A model generated the notes under the pieces. It saw only the letters and a program-made list of their open reading frames with translations. It had not been told where the DNA came from and did no database searches. The translations under genes were made by a program, and so were the position numbers. Shown here one piece after another: positions 19,520 to 29,230 of a stretch of 64,000 nt of DNA (position 1 is the first letter of the stretch; the number at the start of each line of letters is the position of its first letter). The DNA is from an uncultured delta proteobacterium (lineage in GTDB: Bacteria; Desulfobacterota; Binatia; HRBIN30; BPIQ01): contig CAVXGR010000017.1 in NCBI GenBank assembly GCA_963761335.1, positions 64,001-128,000 of the forward strand, written 5' to 3'.

Positions 19520-20287
19520 TCATTTTCCCTTCTTCTTGGCTGAGGTCGTGGTGCGAGCGCCTTTCTCGGCTGCCTTGTGCAGGAGGACCGCCATCGGACT
19601 GGATTGATCCGTGACCAGGTCGGCGGCGGTCATGCCCTTCAGGTTGCGCGCTTGAAGATCCGCGCCCTTGTCGATCAGCAGCTGTGCCATCTGCAGCTGG
19701 TTGTCCTCGGCGGCGATGTGCAGCGGTGTCGCCTGGTAGCGGTTGCGCGCATTGACGTCGGCGTGGTGCTTGATCAGCAGGCGCGCGATGTCCACGTGCC
19801 CCTCCTCGGCGCTGATGTGCAGCGGTGTGGCGTCGTACACGTTGCGCGCATCGACAGCGGCGCCGTGTTTCAGGAGCATCTCGACGACCCGCGCGTTATC
19901 GGCGGTGACCGCGAAGTTCAGCGGTGTCGCCGCCGAGTCGTTGCGCGCATCGACGGTGGCGCCCTTGTCGAGGAGGAGCTCGACGATCTCCAGCCGCCCC
20001 TGCTGCACACCGATGTGCAGGGGCGTGGCCGCGAAGCGGTTGCGCGCGTTCACCTCTGCGCCGTGGGCGATCAGGAAGGCGACCATCTGAGGCGTTCCCG
20101 CGAATGCGGCCCAGTGCAGGGGCGAGTCGCCGTTGGCGTCGCTGGCGTTGACGTCGGCGCCGCCGTCGACGAGTCGCTGGACCTGCTTCAGATCGCTGGC
20201 ACGCGCCGCGTCTCCGAGAGGCGAGGCGATGCAGGCGGTGGAGGAGAGCAGGGCGATGGCGGCGGCTGCGGCAAAGGCGCGTAACAT
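19520..20287 (-). CDS. Secreted ankyrin-repeat protein
   Basis: Signal peptide followed by about six TPLH/GA.V.ARN repeats. Confidence 0.92.
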   Translation of the reverse strand: MLRAFAAAAAIALLSSTACIASPLGDAARASDLKQVQRLVDGGADVNASDANGDSPLHWAAFAGTPQMVAFLIAHGAEVNARNRFAATPLHIGVQQGRLEIVELLLDKGATVDARNDSAATPLNFAVTADNARVVEMLLKHGAAVDARNVYDATPLHISAEEGHVDIARLLIKHHADVNARNRYQATPLHIAAEDNQLQMAQLLIDKGADLQARNLKGMTAADLVTDQSSPMAVLLHKAAEKGARTTTSAKKKGK

Positions 20288-20338
20288 GGGCGATGATAGT
20301 CGCCGGTCAGTTGCGGACGCAAGGACGGTTCGGCAGGC

Positions 20339-21277
20339 TCAGCCGTGGCGGGCCAGAGCTTCGCGCAGCGCGTGCATGTCGCGAAACATGGCGCCGGTGT
20401 CGATGGGGGTGTCGTCGGGCTCGCCGCGCAGCTCGCGATAGGCGCGGGCGACATTGAAGATCAGTCGTTCCGGCTCGGTCCATCCGGCGTAGGGCCCCAG
20501 ATCGATGCGCTTGGCCGCCTCCAGAACCGTCAGGCCGGCGTCGAAGAATCGCTTCGACTCCGCCTGCACGTACTGCAGGTACTCCTTCATCTCCCGCGGT
20601 CCCTCGGCACCGCAGATCGGACCGTGGCCCGGGATCACCGCGTCGGGCTGCAGCGCGATGATGCGATCGAGAGCCGACGTCCATTTTGCGAAGCTGCCCT
20701 CCCAGCCGATCGGCGTGCACAGGCGGAAGAGAACGTCTCCGGTGAAGACGACGCGCTGCTGCGGCAGATGGACGATGACGTCTCCCTGGGTGTGCGCCGG
20801 GCCCACGTAGATCATCTCCACGTCGATGCCGTCGAGGTCGAGGCTCAGGCGCTCGTCGATGAGCGTCGTCGGCGGTCGCAGCTCGATTTCAGAAAAATCC
20901 CACGGCTCCAGCGCGCGGGCGAGCTCTGCCACGGCGGGGTTGTGACTGCTGGTGGCCGAGCGCAGCGCCTGCATCGCCTGTGGCTGCTCGGTGGCCATGG
21001 CTGCGGCGCAGAGGCGGTGGCCGATGATCTCGGCGCCGGTGAACAGCTGGTTTCCCCAGCAGTGATCGCCGTTGTGGTGGGTGTTCAGCACCCGCCGGGC
21101 CGGCTCCTTCCAGACGCGGGAGTACTGGGCGATGAGCTCGCGGGTGTGCGGCAGGTCCCAGAAGGTGTCGATAACGAACCCGCCGCCGCGGTTGATCAGC
21201 CCCGAGTTGCTGGTGCCCAGGCCGCGATCCTCCTGCAGGCAGGCGTACACGTCCGTTGTGATCTGCGCTAGCTCCAT
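20339..21277 (-). CDS. MBL-fold metallo-hydrolase (cyclase-like)
   Basis: NTHHNGDHCWGN, AHTQGD, FTGD, PGHG. Confidence 0.9.
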   Translation of the reverse strand: MELAQITTDVYACLQEDRGLGTSNSGLINRGGGFVIDTFWDLPHTRELIAQYSRVWKEPARRVLNTHHNGDHCWGNQLFTGAEIIGHRLCAAAMATEQPQAMQALRSATSSHNPAVAELARALEPWDFSEIELRPPTTLIDERLSLDLDGIDVEMIYVGPAHTQGDVIVHLPQQRVVFTGDVLFRLCTPIGWEGSFAKWTSALDRIIALQPDAVIPGHGPICGAEGPREMKEYLQYVQAESKRFFDAGLTVLEAAKRIDLGPYAGWTEPERLIFNVARAYRELRGEPDDTPIDTGAMFRDMHALREALARHG

Positions 21278-21379
21278 GCCAGGCGCATATCACGAAGGCG
21301 GAGCGAAGGACCAACCAGGTGCCGTAAAGGGGGAACGGAGTGCGCCAGCCATGCCTATGCGTCGCGACGACCTCACGGA

Positions 21380-21458
21380 AGGGGACAGGCACCTTTTCGG
21401 CGGCGAACGCCGAAGGCTTTAGTGAAGTGCCGTTGCGCCGAAAAGGAGCCAGTCCCCT
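21380..21458. repeat. REP-like family D, intact copy
   Basis: AGGGGACAGGCACCTTTTCGGCG ... CGCCGAAAAGGAGCCAGTCCCCT. Confidence 0.85.
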
Positions 21459-21459
21459 C

Positions 21460-22881
21460 TCACTCGGAGAGCGTTTCCGTGTAGAGGCGGTGGATGTCCT
21501 CGATGTGGCGCTCGAGATCGGCGGGGCGCCAGGCGTGGGTGGGGATCGGCGGATGGACGACCGCCTCGATCGTCGTCGGGCGAATGAAGAAGGCGTGCTT
21601 CGGCAGGGCATCGAGGGCGTTGCGGAAGACGATCGGCACGATGGGGGCGCCGGCGGCCATGGCCAGGTAGAAGGCGCCCTTCTTGAAGCGTCCCAGGCGC
21701 GGAGTCGGGCTGCGCGTTCCCTCGGGAGCGATGACGATGGACAATCCGTCGCGCAGGGCCTCGACCGCGGGCTGCAGCGCCTCGATCGCCTTGGCGCGGT
21801 CGGAGCGGTCGATGAACACGGCTCCGGCGAGCGCGAAGGCGGGACCGAAGATCGGGTTGCGGCGGATCTCCTGCTTGGCGATGCCGACGATGTCGCGGCG
21901 CAAGAGCTTGCAGAGGAGCAGGAAATCGACGCCACTCTGGTGGTTGAAGATGAAGACGGCGGGGCGGTGCGACCACAGATGCTCTTCGCCCGTGACCTGC
22001 AGCTGCAGGCCGGCCAGCGCCGTCCCCAGCTCACCCCAAGTGCCCACGGCGATGTTGACGCCACGGCGCCAGCTGCCGTCGAGCAGCCCCGCCGGCAGGC
22101 CGATGCCGAGCGCCGGCAGCAGGCTCCCGGCGGCGAGCACGGTGCGGGCGACGTCGCCCGCACCGGGCGTCCCGCGGCTGGTGAAGCGGCGCGTCGCCCA
22201 GCCGCGGGCCCGAGAGATCTCCAGCAGGCGGCGGTTCGGGTTCGTGGGCCGCGGCTTGCCGACGATGTCCAGCAAGGGCAGATCGTCGTCGCTGTCGGTG
22301 TAGAAGTAGCTCTGCGCCAGGTCGACGCGTTTGCGGCGGGCGAAGCGCCGCGCCGCCGTCGCCTTGCCCTCCCCAAAGCACGTGGGCCGCAGGAACTCGC
22401 CGGTGAACACGCCGCGGCGCACCTGCAGTCGCGTGCACATGATCTCTTCAATCTCGAGGTCGCGGGCGAGCGGCTCGATCTGATAACGGGTCGCCGAGGA
22501 GACCACCGCCAGCGTGTGCCCCTTGCGGCGGTGCGCCTGCACCAGCGCGCGCGACTCCGGGTAGACGTCGGCGGCGAGCCGATCGGTGAACAGGCGCTCG
22601 CCGATCTCGATCATCTCTTTCTCGCTGCGGCCGCGCAGCATGCCCGCGGTGCCGGCGACGAAGCCGGAGAAGCTCAGGCGCTTCAGCTGGAACAACGCCA
22701 TCGCCACCGCCGCATCGCTCAGCTCGCGAACCGTCATGCGGCGCTTGAGGATGCTGTCCTGGAAGAACGCCGCCGCCGAGAAGCCCGCCAGCAGCGTCCC
22801 GTCGACGTCGAAGAAGGCGCCAATGCGAGGCCCAGCGGGCCCTTCTTCGATCTCGCGCGTCAGTGCGGCGTGGAGCGCCAT
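21460..22881 (-). CDS. HAD-IB phosphatase + 1-acylglycerol-3-phosphate acyltransferase fusion
   Basis: FFDVDGTL, YTDSDDD; NHQS..D, FIDR, PEGTRS, FKKGAF. Confidence 0.9.
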   Translation of the reverse strand: MALHAALTREIEEGPAGPRIGAFFDVDGTLLAGFSAAAFFQDSILKRRMTVRELSDAAVAMALFQLKRLSFSGFVAGTAGMLRGRSEKEMIEIGERLFTDRLAADVYPESRALVQAHRRKGHTLAVVSSATRYQIEPLARDLEIEEIMCTRLQVRRGVFTGEFLRPTCFGEGKATAARRFARRKRVDLAQSYFYTDSDDDLPLLDIVGKPRPTNPNRRLLEISRARGWATRRFTSRGTPGAGDVARTVLAAGSLLPALGIGLPAGLLDGSWRRGVNIAVGTWGELGTALAGLQLQVTGEEHLWSHRPAVFIFNHQSGVDFLLLCKLLRRDIVGIAKQEIRRNPIFGPAFALAGAVFIDRSDRAKAIEALQPAVEALRDGLSIVIAPEGTRSPTPRLGRFKKGAFYLAMAAGAPIVPIVFRNALDALPKHAFFIRPTTIEAVVHPPIPTHAWRPADLERHIEDIHRLYTETLSE

Positions 22882-22954
22882 AAGCGGGTGCTCAAGTAAA
22901 CAACGCCGGCGGCGATATTTCAAAGCCTGGAGGAAGCTGGCCAATTTCCCCGTC

Positions 22955-23115
22955 CTCCATTCATTCCCCATTCTCATCCCCGGTTCTCATCCCGTCGTTT
23001 TCCATTCGCTCTGAGAGCTGCGCGCAGGCCAGACCCGTGGGGGTACGCCGCGGCTCTCAGGACAATGGAAAACGACGGGATGAGAACCGGGGATGAGAAT
23101 GGGGAATGGATGGAG
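22955..23115. repeat. Long palindromic repeat family A, copy 1 (~160 bp)
   Basis: About 50-bp near-perfect stem CATTCTCATCCCCGGTTCTCATCCCGTCGTTTTCCATT / AATGGAAAACGACGGGATGAGAACCGGGGATGAGAATG plus inner CTGAGAGC/GCTCTCAG stem. Confidence 0.92.
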
Positions 23116-23136
23116 AGGGCAAGGCTCGGACGTACC

Positions 23137-23502
23137 TCAGACGGACCTCCGATCCAGGCGCGATTGCGCCGTGAGCCGAGACTTGCCGATGATTCGGCAA
23201 AGGGCGCCGACCTCGGCGACGAGTTCGCCGACGGCCCGGGGCACCAGCTTCGAGCCCTCTGCAACGCGCAACCAGTAATGGGTCTCTTGCAGCTCCTTGA
23301 GGCTCAGTCCGAGCTTGTGAACGAAATCTCGCTTGCTCTCGGCGCCGCGCGCTTCCTCGTAATTGGCGCCGGAAGAGGTGCCGCTGCGCAGGAGCTGTCC
23401 CGCAATGTGCTTCCCGGTCGTCGTCTCAGGAAGGGCATCGACGATCTCGATGATGCGTACAGCGAGGACGATCAGGCGATCCGATATATCGTCTCCTTTC
23501 AT
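23137..23502 (-). CDS. Four helix bundle protein (23S rRNA IVS-like / Avd-related fold)
   Basis: QLLRSGTSSGANYEEARGAESKRDFVHKLGLSLKELQETHYWL signature. Confidence 0.93.
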   Translation of the reverse strand: MKGDDISDRLIVLAVRIIEIVDALPETTTGKHIAGQLLRSGTSSGANYEEARGAESKRDFVHKLGLSLKELQETHYWLRVAEGSKLVPRAVGELVAEVGALCRIIGKSRLTAQSRLDRRSV

Positions 23503-23641
23503 GCCCGCCAGATTCAGCATTTTGCATTCCCAGCCGGGGGGTGTCGCCTTCCTCGGGGCATTGGCCGGCGATGTGCTCGGATCGAGTCCAGGGACGACAT
23601 GCCCGTCGCCCCTGCGAGCCGCCCGCCTCCACCATTCTCCT

Positions 23642-23796
23642 TCCATTCATTCCCCGTTCTCATCCCCGGTTCTCATCCCGTCGTCTTCCATTCGCTCTGA
23701 GAGCTGCGCGCAGGCCAGACCCGTGGGGATACGCCGCGGCTCTCAGGACAATGGAAAACGACGGGATGAGAACCGGGGATGAGAACGACGGAATGA
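23642..23796. repeat. Long palindromic repeat family A, copy 2 (direct repeat of copy 1)
   Basis: Matches 22956-23100 with about 3 substitutions, including the non-palindromic loop. Confidence 0.92.
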
Positions 23797-23875
23797 AATG
23801 CGAAGGCGGGGGCCTTGCTCTATCCTGACGGGGCTCCTATCCTTTCGAGAATTACCTGCAAGGAGAGGGAATCCT

Positions 23876-25072
23876 ATGGGAAAGAAGGTCTACGTGGTCG
23901 GCGTCGGCATGACCAAGTTCGAGAAGCCGGGCTCGCGCGATTGGGACTATCCGCAGATGGCCACCGAGGCGGGCAGCAAGGCGCTCCAGGACGCCGGCGT
24001 CCCCTACGACAGCATCGAGCAGGCCGTGGTCGGCTACTGCTACGGCGACTCGACCTGCGGGCAGCGCGCCGTCTACGGCCTCGGGCTGAGCGGCATCCCG
24101 GTGTACAACGTGAACAACAACTGCTCCACCGGCTCCACGGCGCTGTTCATGGCCAAGCAGTTCATCGAGGGTGGCGTCTCCGAATGCGTCCTCGCGCTCG
24201 GCTTCGAGAAGATGGAGAAGGGCTCCCTCGGGGTGAAGTACACCGACCGCACCAATCCCATGGACAAGCACTTCGAGGTGATGGTGTCGCTGCGCGGCTT
24301 CGCCAAGGCGCCGGCGGCGCCGCAGATCTTCGGCAACGCCGGTCGCGAGCATATGGAGAAGTACGGCAGCACCCCGGAGCAGTTCGCCAAGATCGGCCAC
24401 AAGAACCACAAGCACTCGGTGAACAATCCCTACTCGCAGTTCCAGGCCGAGTACTCCCTGGAGGACATCCTCAAGGCGCCGATGGTGTACGAGCCGCTCA
24501 CCAAGCTGCAGTGCTGCCCGACCTCGGACGGCGCCGGCGCCGCCATCCTCTGCAGCGAAGAGTTCGTCAGGAAGCACAACCTGCAGAAGCACGCGGTGGA
24601 GATCGCCGGCATGGCGATGACCACCGATTTCTCCAGCACCTTCGACACCAAGAGCTGCATCAAGCTGATCGGCTCGGACATGACCCGCAAGGCGGCCGAG
24701 AAGGTGTACGAGCAGTCCGGTTTCGGACCGGAGAACATCGACGTCATCGAGCTTCACGACTGCTTCTCCGCCAATGAGCTGGTCACCTACGAGGCTCTCG
24801 GCCTCTGCGCCGAGGGCAAGGGCGGCGAGCTGATCGACTCCGGCGCCGTCACCTACGGCGGCAAGTGGGTGGTGAACCCGTCGGGCGGCCTCATCTCCAA
24901 GGGGCATCCCCTGGGAGCGACCGGCCTGGCGCAGTGCGCCGAGCTCAACTGGCAGCTGCGCGGTCAGGCGGACAAGCGCCAGGTCCAGGGTGCCAAGGTC
25001 GCCCTGCAGCACAACCTCGGGCTCGGCGGTGCCGCCGTCGTCACCATGTATCGCAAGCCGGACTTCGCGTAG
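23876..25072 (+). CDS. SCP-x type thiolase (nonspecific lipid-transfer protein)
   Basis: [47 protein letters not shown]. Confidence 0.95.
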   Translation: MGKKVYVVGVGMTKFEKPGSRDWDYPQMATEAGSKALQDAGVPYDSIEQAVVGYCYGDSTCGQRAVYGLGLSGIPVYNVNNNCSTGSTALFMAKQFIEGGVSECVLALGFEKMEKGSLGVKYTDRTNPMDKHFEVMVSLRGFAKAPAAPQIFGNAGREHMEKYGSTPEQFAKIGHKNHKHSVNNPYSQFQAEYSLEDILKAPMVYEPLTKLQCCPTSDGAGAAILCSEEFVRKHNLQKHAVEIAGMAMTTDFSSTFDTKSCIKLIGSDMTRKAAEKVYEQSGFGPENIDVIELHDCFSANELVTYEALGLCAEGKGGELIDSGAVTYGGKWVVNPSGGLISKGHPLGATGLAQCAELNWQLRGQADKRQVQGAKVALQHNLGLGGAAVVTMYRKPDFA

Positions 25073-25084
25073 CGGCGTCGCCGA

Positions 25085-25157
25085 AGGGGACAGGCTACTT
25101 TTGCCCTCAGAAGTCGAACGACCGTAACCTTCCGCCCTGCAAAAGCTGCCTGTCCCC
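25085..25157. repeat. REP-like family D variant between convergent genes
   Basis: GGGGACAGGCTACTTTTGC ... GCAAAAGCTGCCTGTCCCC. Confidence 0.75.
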
Positions 25158-25169
25158 GCCGCGTCGCGG

Positions 25170-25964
25170 CTACCGCCCCCTGAACACCGGCCGGCGCTTC
25201 TCTTTGATCGCCGCCAGCGCCTCGCGGTGATCCTCGCTCTGGAAGGTCACCAGCTCGAGCGCGGTGGAGGTATCGAAGGCGATGTTGACGGCGTCCTTCA
25301 GAAGCTTGTTCACCGCCAGCTTGGTGTAGCGCACCGCCAGCGGGGCGCCGTCGGCGAGCCGGCGGGCGAAGGCGAGTGCCTCGTCCTGGAGCTGTGCCGC
25401 CGGCACCACCCGGTTGACGAGGCCGATGCGCTCGGCCTCTGCCGCCGCGACCGGGTCGCCGGTCAGCAGGTACTGCTTGGCGCGCGCCGGGCCGAGGGCC
25501 AGGGGCCAGATGGCGACCCCGCCGTCCCCGGCGACGATGCCGACGCGCACGTGGGGATCGCCGATGGTGGCGGTGTCGGCCATGAAGATGACGTCGCACA
25601 GCAGGGCGATCGAGGCTCCCAGGCCCATGGCGTGCCCGTTCACCGCGGCGACGATGGGAATCTCGACGTCGAGCAGATCCCAGATGAGCTGCTTGGCGTC
25701 GCGGCGCAGCGCTTCCAGACGCTCCATCTCGCGCAGCTGCGGAAACCAGTTGAAGTCGCCGCCCGCAGAAAAGGCTCGGCCGCGTCCCGTGAGCACCACG
25801 GCGCGCGCCTCCGACTCGCGGCGCAAAGCCGCGAACAGCGCCGTGAGATCGCGGTGCAGCTGGTCGTCGACGGCGTTGATGTCGCTGCGCGGGTGGGCGA
25901 TGGTGATTCGCAGGACGCCGTCGAGTCGCTCGACCTGCAGCGTGCCGAAGTCGCTGGTCTTCAT
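25170..25964 (-). CDS. Enoyl-CoA hydratase/isomerase family
   Basis: AFSAGGD, PIVAAVNGHAMGLG, DPHVRVGIVAGDGG. Confidence 0.92.
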   Translation of the reverse strand: MKTSDFGTLQVERLDGVLRITIAHPRSDINAVDDQLHRDLTALFAALRRESEARAVVLTGRGRAFSAGGDFNWFPQLREMERLEALRRDAKQLIWDLLDVEIPIVAAVNGHAMGLGASIALLCDVIFMADTATIGDPHVRVGIVAGDGGVAIWPLALGPARAKQYLLTGDPVAAAEAERIGLVNRVVPAAQLQDEALAFARRLADGAPLAVRYTKLAVNKLLKDAVNIAFDTSTALELVTFQSEDHREALAAIKEKRRPVFRGR

Positions 25965-25976
25965 TGGGTTCGCTCC

Positions 25977-27131
25977 TCAGAGCATCGAGGTGTCGGTGTC
26001 GACGCCCAGCAGCACCCGCCCGCTGAGCTCCCAGGTGGCCGGCGACACCATCATGTGCTGGGTGGCGACGTGGATGTCGCGGAAGCAGCGCTGCAGCGGA
26101 CTGCGGGCATAGATCGAGGTGCCGCCGCCGGCGTTGTACATGAGGTCGACCGCCTGGGCGGCGGCGATGGTGGCGTGGGTGGCGGCCAGGCGCAGCAGGG
26201 CGCGCCGTTCGACGGACATCTCGGTGCCGCCCGCCGCCGTTTTCCAGGTCTCTTCCACGGTGTCGTAGAGAAAGGCGCCCGCCGAGCGCAGACCCGCCTC
26301 GGCCTGGGCGACCTGTGTCTGCACGGCGCCGCGATCGCGCAGCTTGCGCCTGCCCGCCGCAGGTGTCTTGGTGGCGGCCAGCGCCGTGAGCTCGTCGATG
26401 GCCCGCCGCCCGATGCCCAGGGCGACGGCGGCGATGCCGAGTGCGAGCAGTCCGAAGACCGGGAAGACGTAGAGCGCCCCCGGGTGACGCGGCCGATCGG
26501 TGAACAGGGACACGGAGCGCTCCGCCGGCACGCGCAGATCGGCGACGGAGATGTCGTGGCTGCCGGTGCCGCGTAGCCCGGCGACGTCCCAGGTGTCGAT
26601 GATCTTGGCGTCCGCTGCCGGAAAGACCATCAGACGCGAATCCGGCGCGCCGTTGGGAAGCAGGCGCACAGCGCCGTTCTCGCTGACCACCGCGCCTCCC
26701 ATCAGCCAGTCGCAGTGCTGGCAGCCGCTGGCGAAGGCCCAGCGGCCGCTCACCAGGTAGGCGCCGTCGTGCAGCACGGCGAGGCCGGTCGGGGCGAACA
26801 CGCCGCCGGTGATCGTCTCGGGGTGATAGATCTCGGCGGCGGTGGCGTCGTCGAGGTAGGCGCTGAGCACGCCGCTGGTGGCGCCGATCATCACGCACCA
26901 GCCGGCGGAGCCATCCGCGGTGGCGGTCAGCTCGATGGCGCGCAGCAGCGATGCGGCGTCGGCTTCCTCGCCGCCGAGCCGGCGCGGCACGGCCATGCGA
27001 AAGAGCCCGGCGTCGGCCATCTTCTGCGCCAGGTCGCGAGGCAGATGGCGGTCGCGCTCGAAGTCGTCGGCGCGCTCGCGGACCTCGGGCGCCAGAGCCC
27101 TCGCTGCTTCGATGATCGTCTTCGTCTCCAT
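25977..27131 (-). CDS. Acyl-CoA dehydrogenase-fold flavin-dependent hydroxylase
   Basis: SGRWAFASG, DTWDVAGLRGTGSHD, LQRCFRDIHVATQH. Confidence 0.88.
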   Translation of the reverse strand: METKTIIEAARALAPEVRERADDFERDRHLPRDLAQKMADAGLFRMAVPRRLGGEEADAASLLRAIELTATADGSAGWCVMIGATSGVLSAYLDDATAAEIYHPETITGGVFAPTGLAVLHDGAYLVSGRWAFASGCQHCDWLMGGAVVSENGAVRLLPNGAPDSRLMVFPAADAKIIDTWDVAGLRGTGSHDISVADLRVPAERSVSLFTDRPRHPGALYVFPVFGLLALGIAAVALGIGRRAIDELTALAATKTPAAGRRKLRDRGAVQTQVAQAEAGLRSAGAFLYDTVEETWKTAAGGTEMSVERRALLRLAATHATIAAAQAVDLMYNAGGGTSIYARSPLQRCFRDIHVATQHMMVSPATWELSGRVLLGVDTDTSML

Positions 27132-27193
27132 TTGGGTCTCGGTGCCGCGCTCGTCGCATTCTCGCCGCCAGTGCGGGCGCAGGTCAAATGCGA

Positions 27194-27271
27194 AGTAGAA
27201 GCGCCGTCCCGGCCCTTTCCGAAGCGGCGAGACGCCGCTTCCACTTGGCCCGCGGGCCGGCGAAATCGTTG
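27194..27271 (-). repeat. GTAG-REP doublet family B (reverse copy)
   Basis: Reverse complement of the 19064-19115 and 33985-34060 elements. Confidence 0.8.
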
Positions 27272-27334
27272 CGGGGGGCGTGGCCCTGCAGTTTGTCGTT
27301 GTCGGCTTCGCCGGGCGTGATATAGCCGCGGGCG

Positions 27335-29161
27335 ATGACCCGATCCGCCGCGGTTCTGTTTCTGGTGCTGGTTTCGACGTCGGCGAGCGCCGCCGAGTAC
27401 TGGGTGAAGAACGGCGGCAGCGACGCCCTCGACGGGCTCTCTGCGGGGAATGCCTGGGCGACGCTGCAGCACGCCGCCGGGGTTGTCGACGCCGGCGACA
27501 CCGTGCACGTGCTCGACGGCTCCTATGTGGGTTTCGACCTGCGCCGCTCCGGAACGACGGGGAATCCCATCACCTTTGCCGCCGAGAGCTTGGCGGTGCA
27601 GATCACCGCCGACAACGGCACCACGCCGGATGGCATCAACGTCGAGAACGCCGCCCACGTGGTCATCGACGGCTTCACCGTCGACGGCCGCACGCGCGCC
27701 GGCATCCGCATCGCCGTCTCCCAGGACGTGGCGGTGCGCCACTGCCATACCGCCTATAACGGCAGGTGGGGGATCTTCAGCGGCTTCGCCGACGACCTGA
27801 CGATCGAGGGAAACGAGACGGACCACTCGCAGGCGGAGCACGGTATCTACGTCTCCAACAGCGGCGACCGGCCGATCATCCGCGGCAATCTCGTCCACGA
27901 CAACCACGCCAACGGCATCCACATGAACGGCGATCTCAGCCAGGGCGGCGACGGCCTCATCTCCAATGCCCTGGTTGAGGACAACGTCATCTACGGCAAC
28001 GGCGCCGGCGGCGGCTCCGGCATCAACATGGACGGGGTGACCGACAGCGTCGTGCGCAACAACCTTCTCTACGACAATCACGCCAGCGGCATCAGCCTCT
28101 ACCGCATCGACGGCGCCACTGGGTCGACGAACAACCTGGTGGTCAACAATACGGTGCTCAGTGCCAGCGACGGCCGCTGGTGCATCAACATCAACAACGG
28201 CTCGACCGGCAACACGCTGCGGAACAACATCCTGTACAACGACCATTCCTTCCGCGGGGTCATCACCATCGACTCGTCCAGCCGCACCGGCTTCACCTCG
28301 GACGACAACAGCGTCATGAGCCGCTTCAGCACCGACGGCGGTGACACGGTCATCGGCCTGGCCGCGTGGCAGGCGCTCGGCTACGACGCCCACTCTTTCC
28401 TGGCGGCACCGGCGGACCTGTTCATCGCGCCGGGCAGCGATTTCCACCTGTTGCTCGGCTGTCCGGCGGTCGACAGTGGCACCGCCGCCGGCGCGCCGTC
28501 GGTGGATCTCGACGGCAACCCCCGCCCGGTGGGCGTGGGCGTGGACGTGGGAGCATACGAGCTTCAGCTGCCCAACTGCGGCGACGGCAACATCGATCCG
28601 GGCGAGCAGTGCGGCGAGCCGGGTCTCGACTGTGCCCCCGAGCAGATTTGCGCGCAGTGCGTCTGCGTTCAGGCGCCGCCCTGCGGCAGCGGCATCTCCT
28701 TCGCGAAGCCGCGGCTGCGGATGCGCTCCAATCCGTTCTCGCTGGCGCTCAAGGGAGAGGCGGTGATCGCCAAGCCCTGGCAGGCGATCGATCCGCTCGT
28801 CAACGGCGTCCGCGTCGTCGTCGACTCGGTCGCCGGCGGCGGCGGTCTGGACGTCACCATTCCGGGCGGCGCCGGCTGGAAGGTGAACAAGGCCGGCACC
28901 CGCTGGGTCTACATCGACCGCGAGGGCACACACGCAGGCATCACACGAGTGGTGGTTCGCGACCGCTCCACCAAGGAGGACGGTCTGCTGCGCTGGGTGG
29001 TGAAGGGGAAAGGCGGGGTGGTGTCGCTGCCGTCGCCACAGAACGCGCGCGCATCGATCATCCTCGGCTCTGCCGCCGAGTGCGCCTCCTACACCTGGAA
29101 CCCGCCCGGCGCCGCCCGCCCGCGGTGCGACGGCGATTCGGCGCGCCTCGTCTGCCGGTAG
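27335..29161 (+). CDS. Secreted right-handed beta-helix (pectin-lyase-like) protein with Cys-rich linker and C-terminal domain
   Basis: Signal peptide; DUF1565-like start (YWVKNGGSD...WATLQHA); Asn-rich repeats; DFHL...PAVDSG, DLDGNPR, DVGAYE; CGDGNIDPGEQC. Confidence 0.85.
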   Translation: MTRSAAVLFLVLVSTSASAAEYWVKNGGSDALDGLSAGNAWATLQHAAGVVDAGDTVHVLDGSYVGFDLRRSGTTGNPITFAAESLAVQITADNGTTPDGINVENAAHVVIDGFTVDGRTRAGIRIAVSQDVAVRHCHTAYNGRWGIFSGFADDLTIEGNETDHSQAEHGIYVSNSGDRPIIRGNLVHDNHANGIHMNGDLSQGGDGLISNALVEDNVIYGNGAGGGSGINMDGVTDSVVRNNLLYDNHASGISLYRIDGATGSTNNLVVNNTVLSASDGRWCININNGSTGNTLRNNILYNDHSFRGVITIDSSSRTGFTSDDNSVMSRFSTDGGDTVIGLAAWQALGYDAHSFLAAPADLFIAPGSDFHLLLGCPAVDSGTAAGAPSVDLDGNPRPVGVGVDVGAYELQLPNCGDGNIDPGEQCGEPGLDCAPEQICAQCVCVQAPPCGSGISFAKPRLRMRSNPFSLALKGEAVIAKPWQAIDPLVNGVRVVVDSVAGGGGLDVTIPGGAGWKVNKAGTRWVYIDREGTHAGITRVVVRDRSTKEDGLLRWVVKGKGGVVSLPSPQNARASIILGSAAECASYTWNPPGAARPRCDGDSARLVCR

Positions 29162-29230
29162 AACGACAGCGCCGGCGGCGTCGCGAGCCGCTCCTTGCCG
29201 CACGGCGCCAATGCCGCTAGGCAGCGGAGG

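Noticed and set aside
22955..23796. DGR or rRNA intervening sequence suggested by the Avd-like/IVS protein
   Set aside because: No reverse transcriptase and no rRNA; the repeats are non-coding palindromes, not a TR/VR pair in a target gene.
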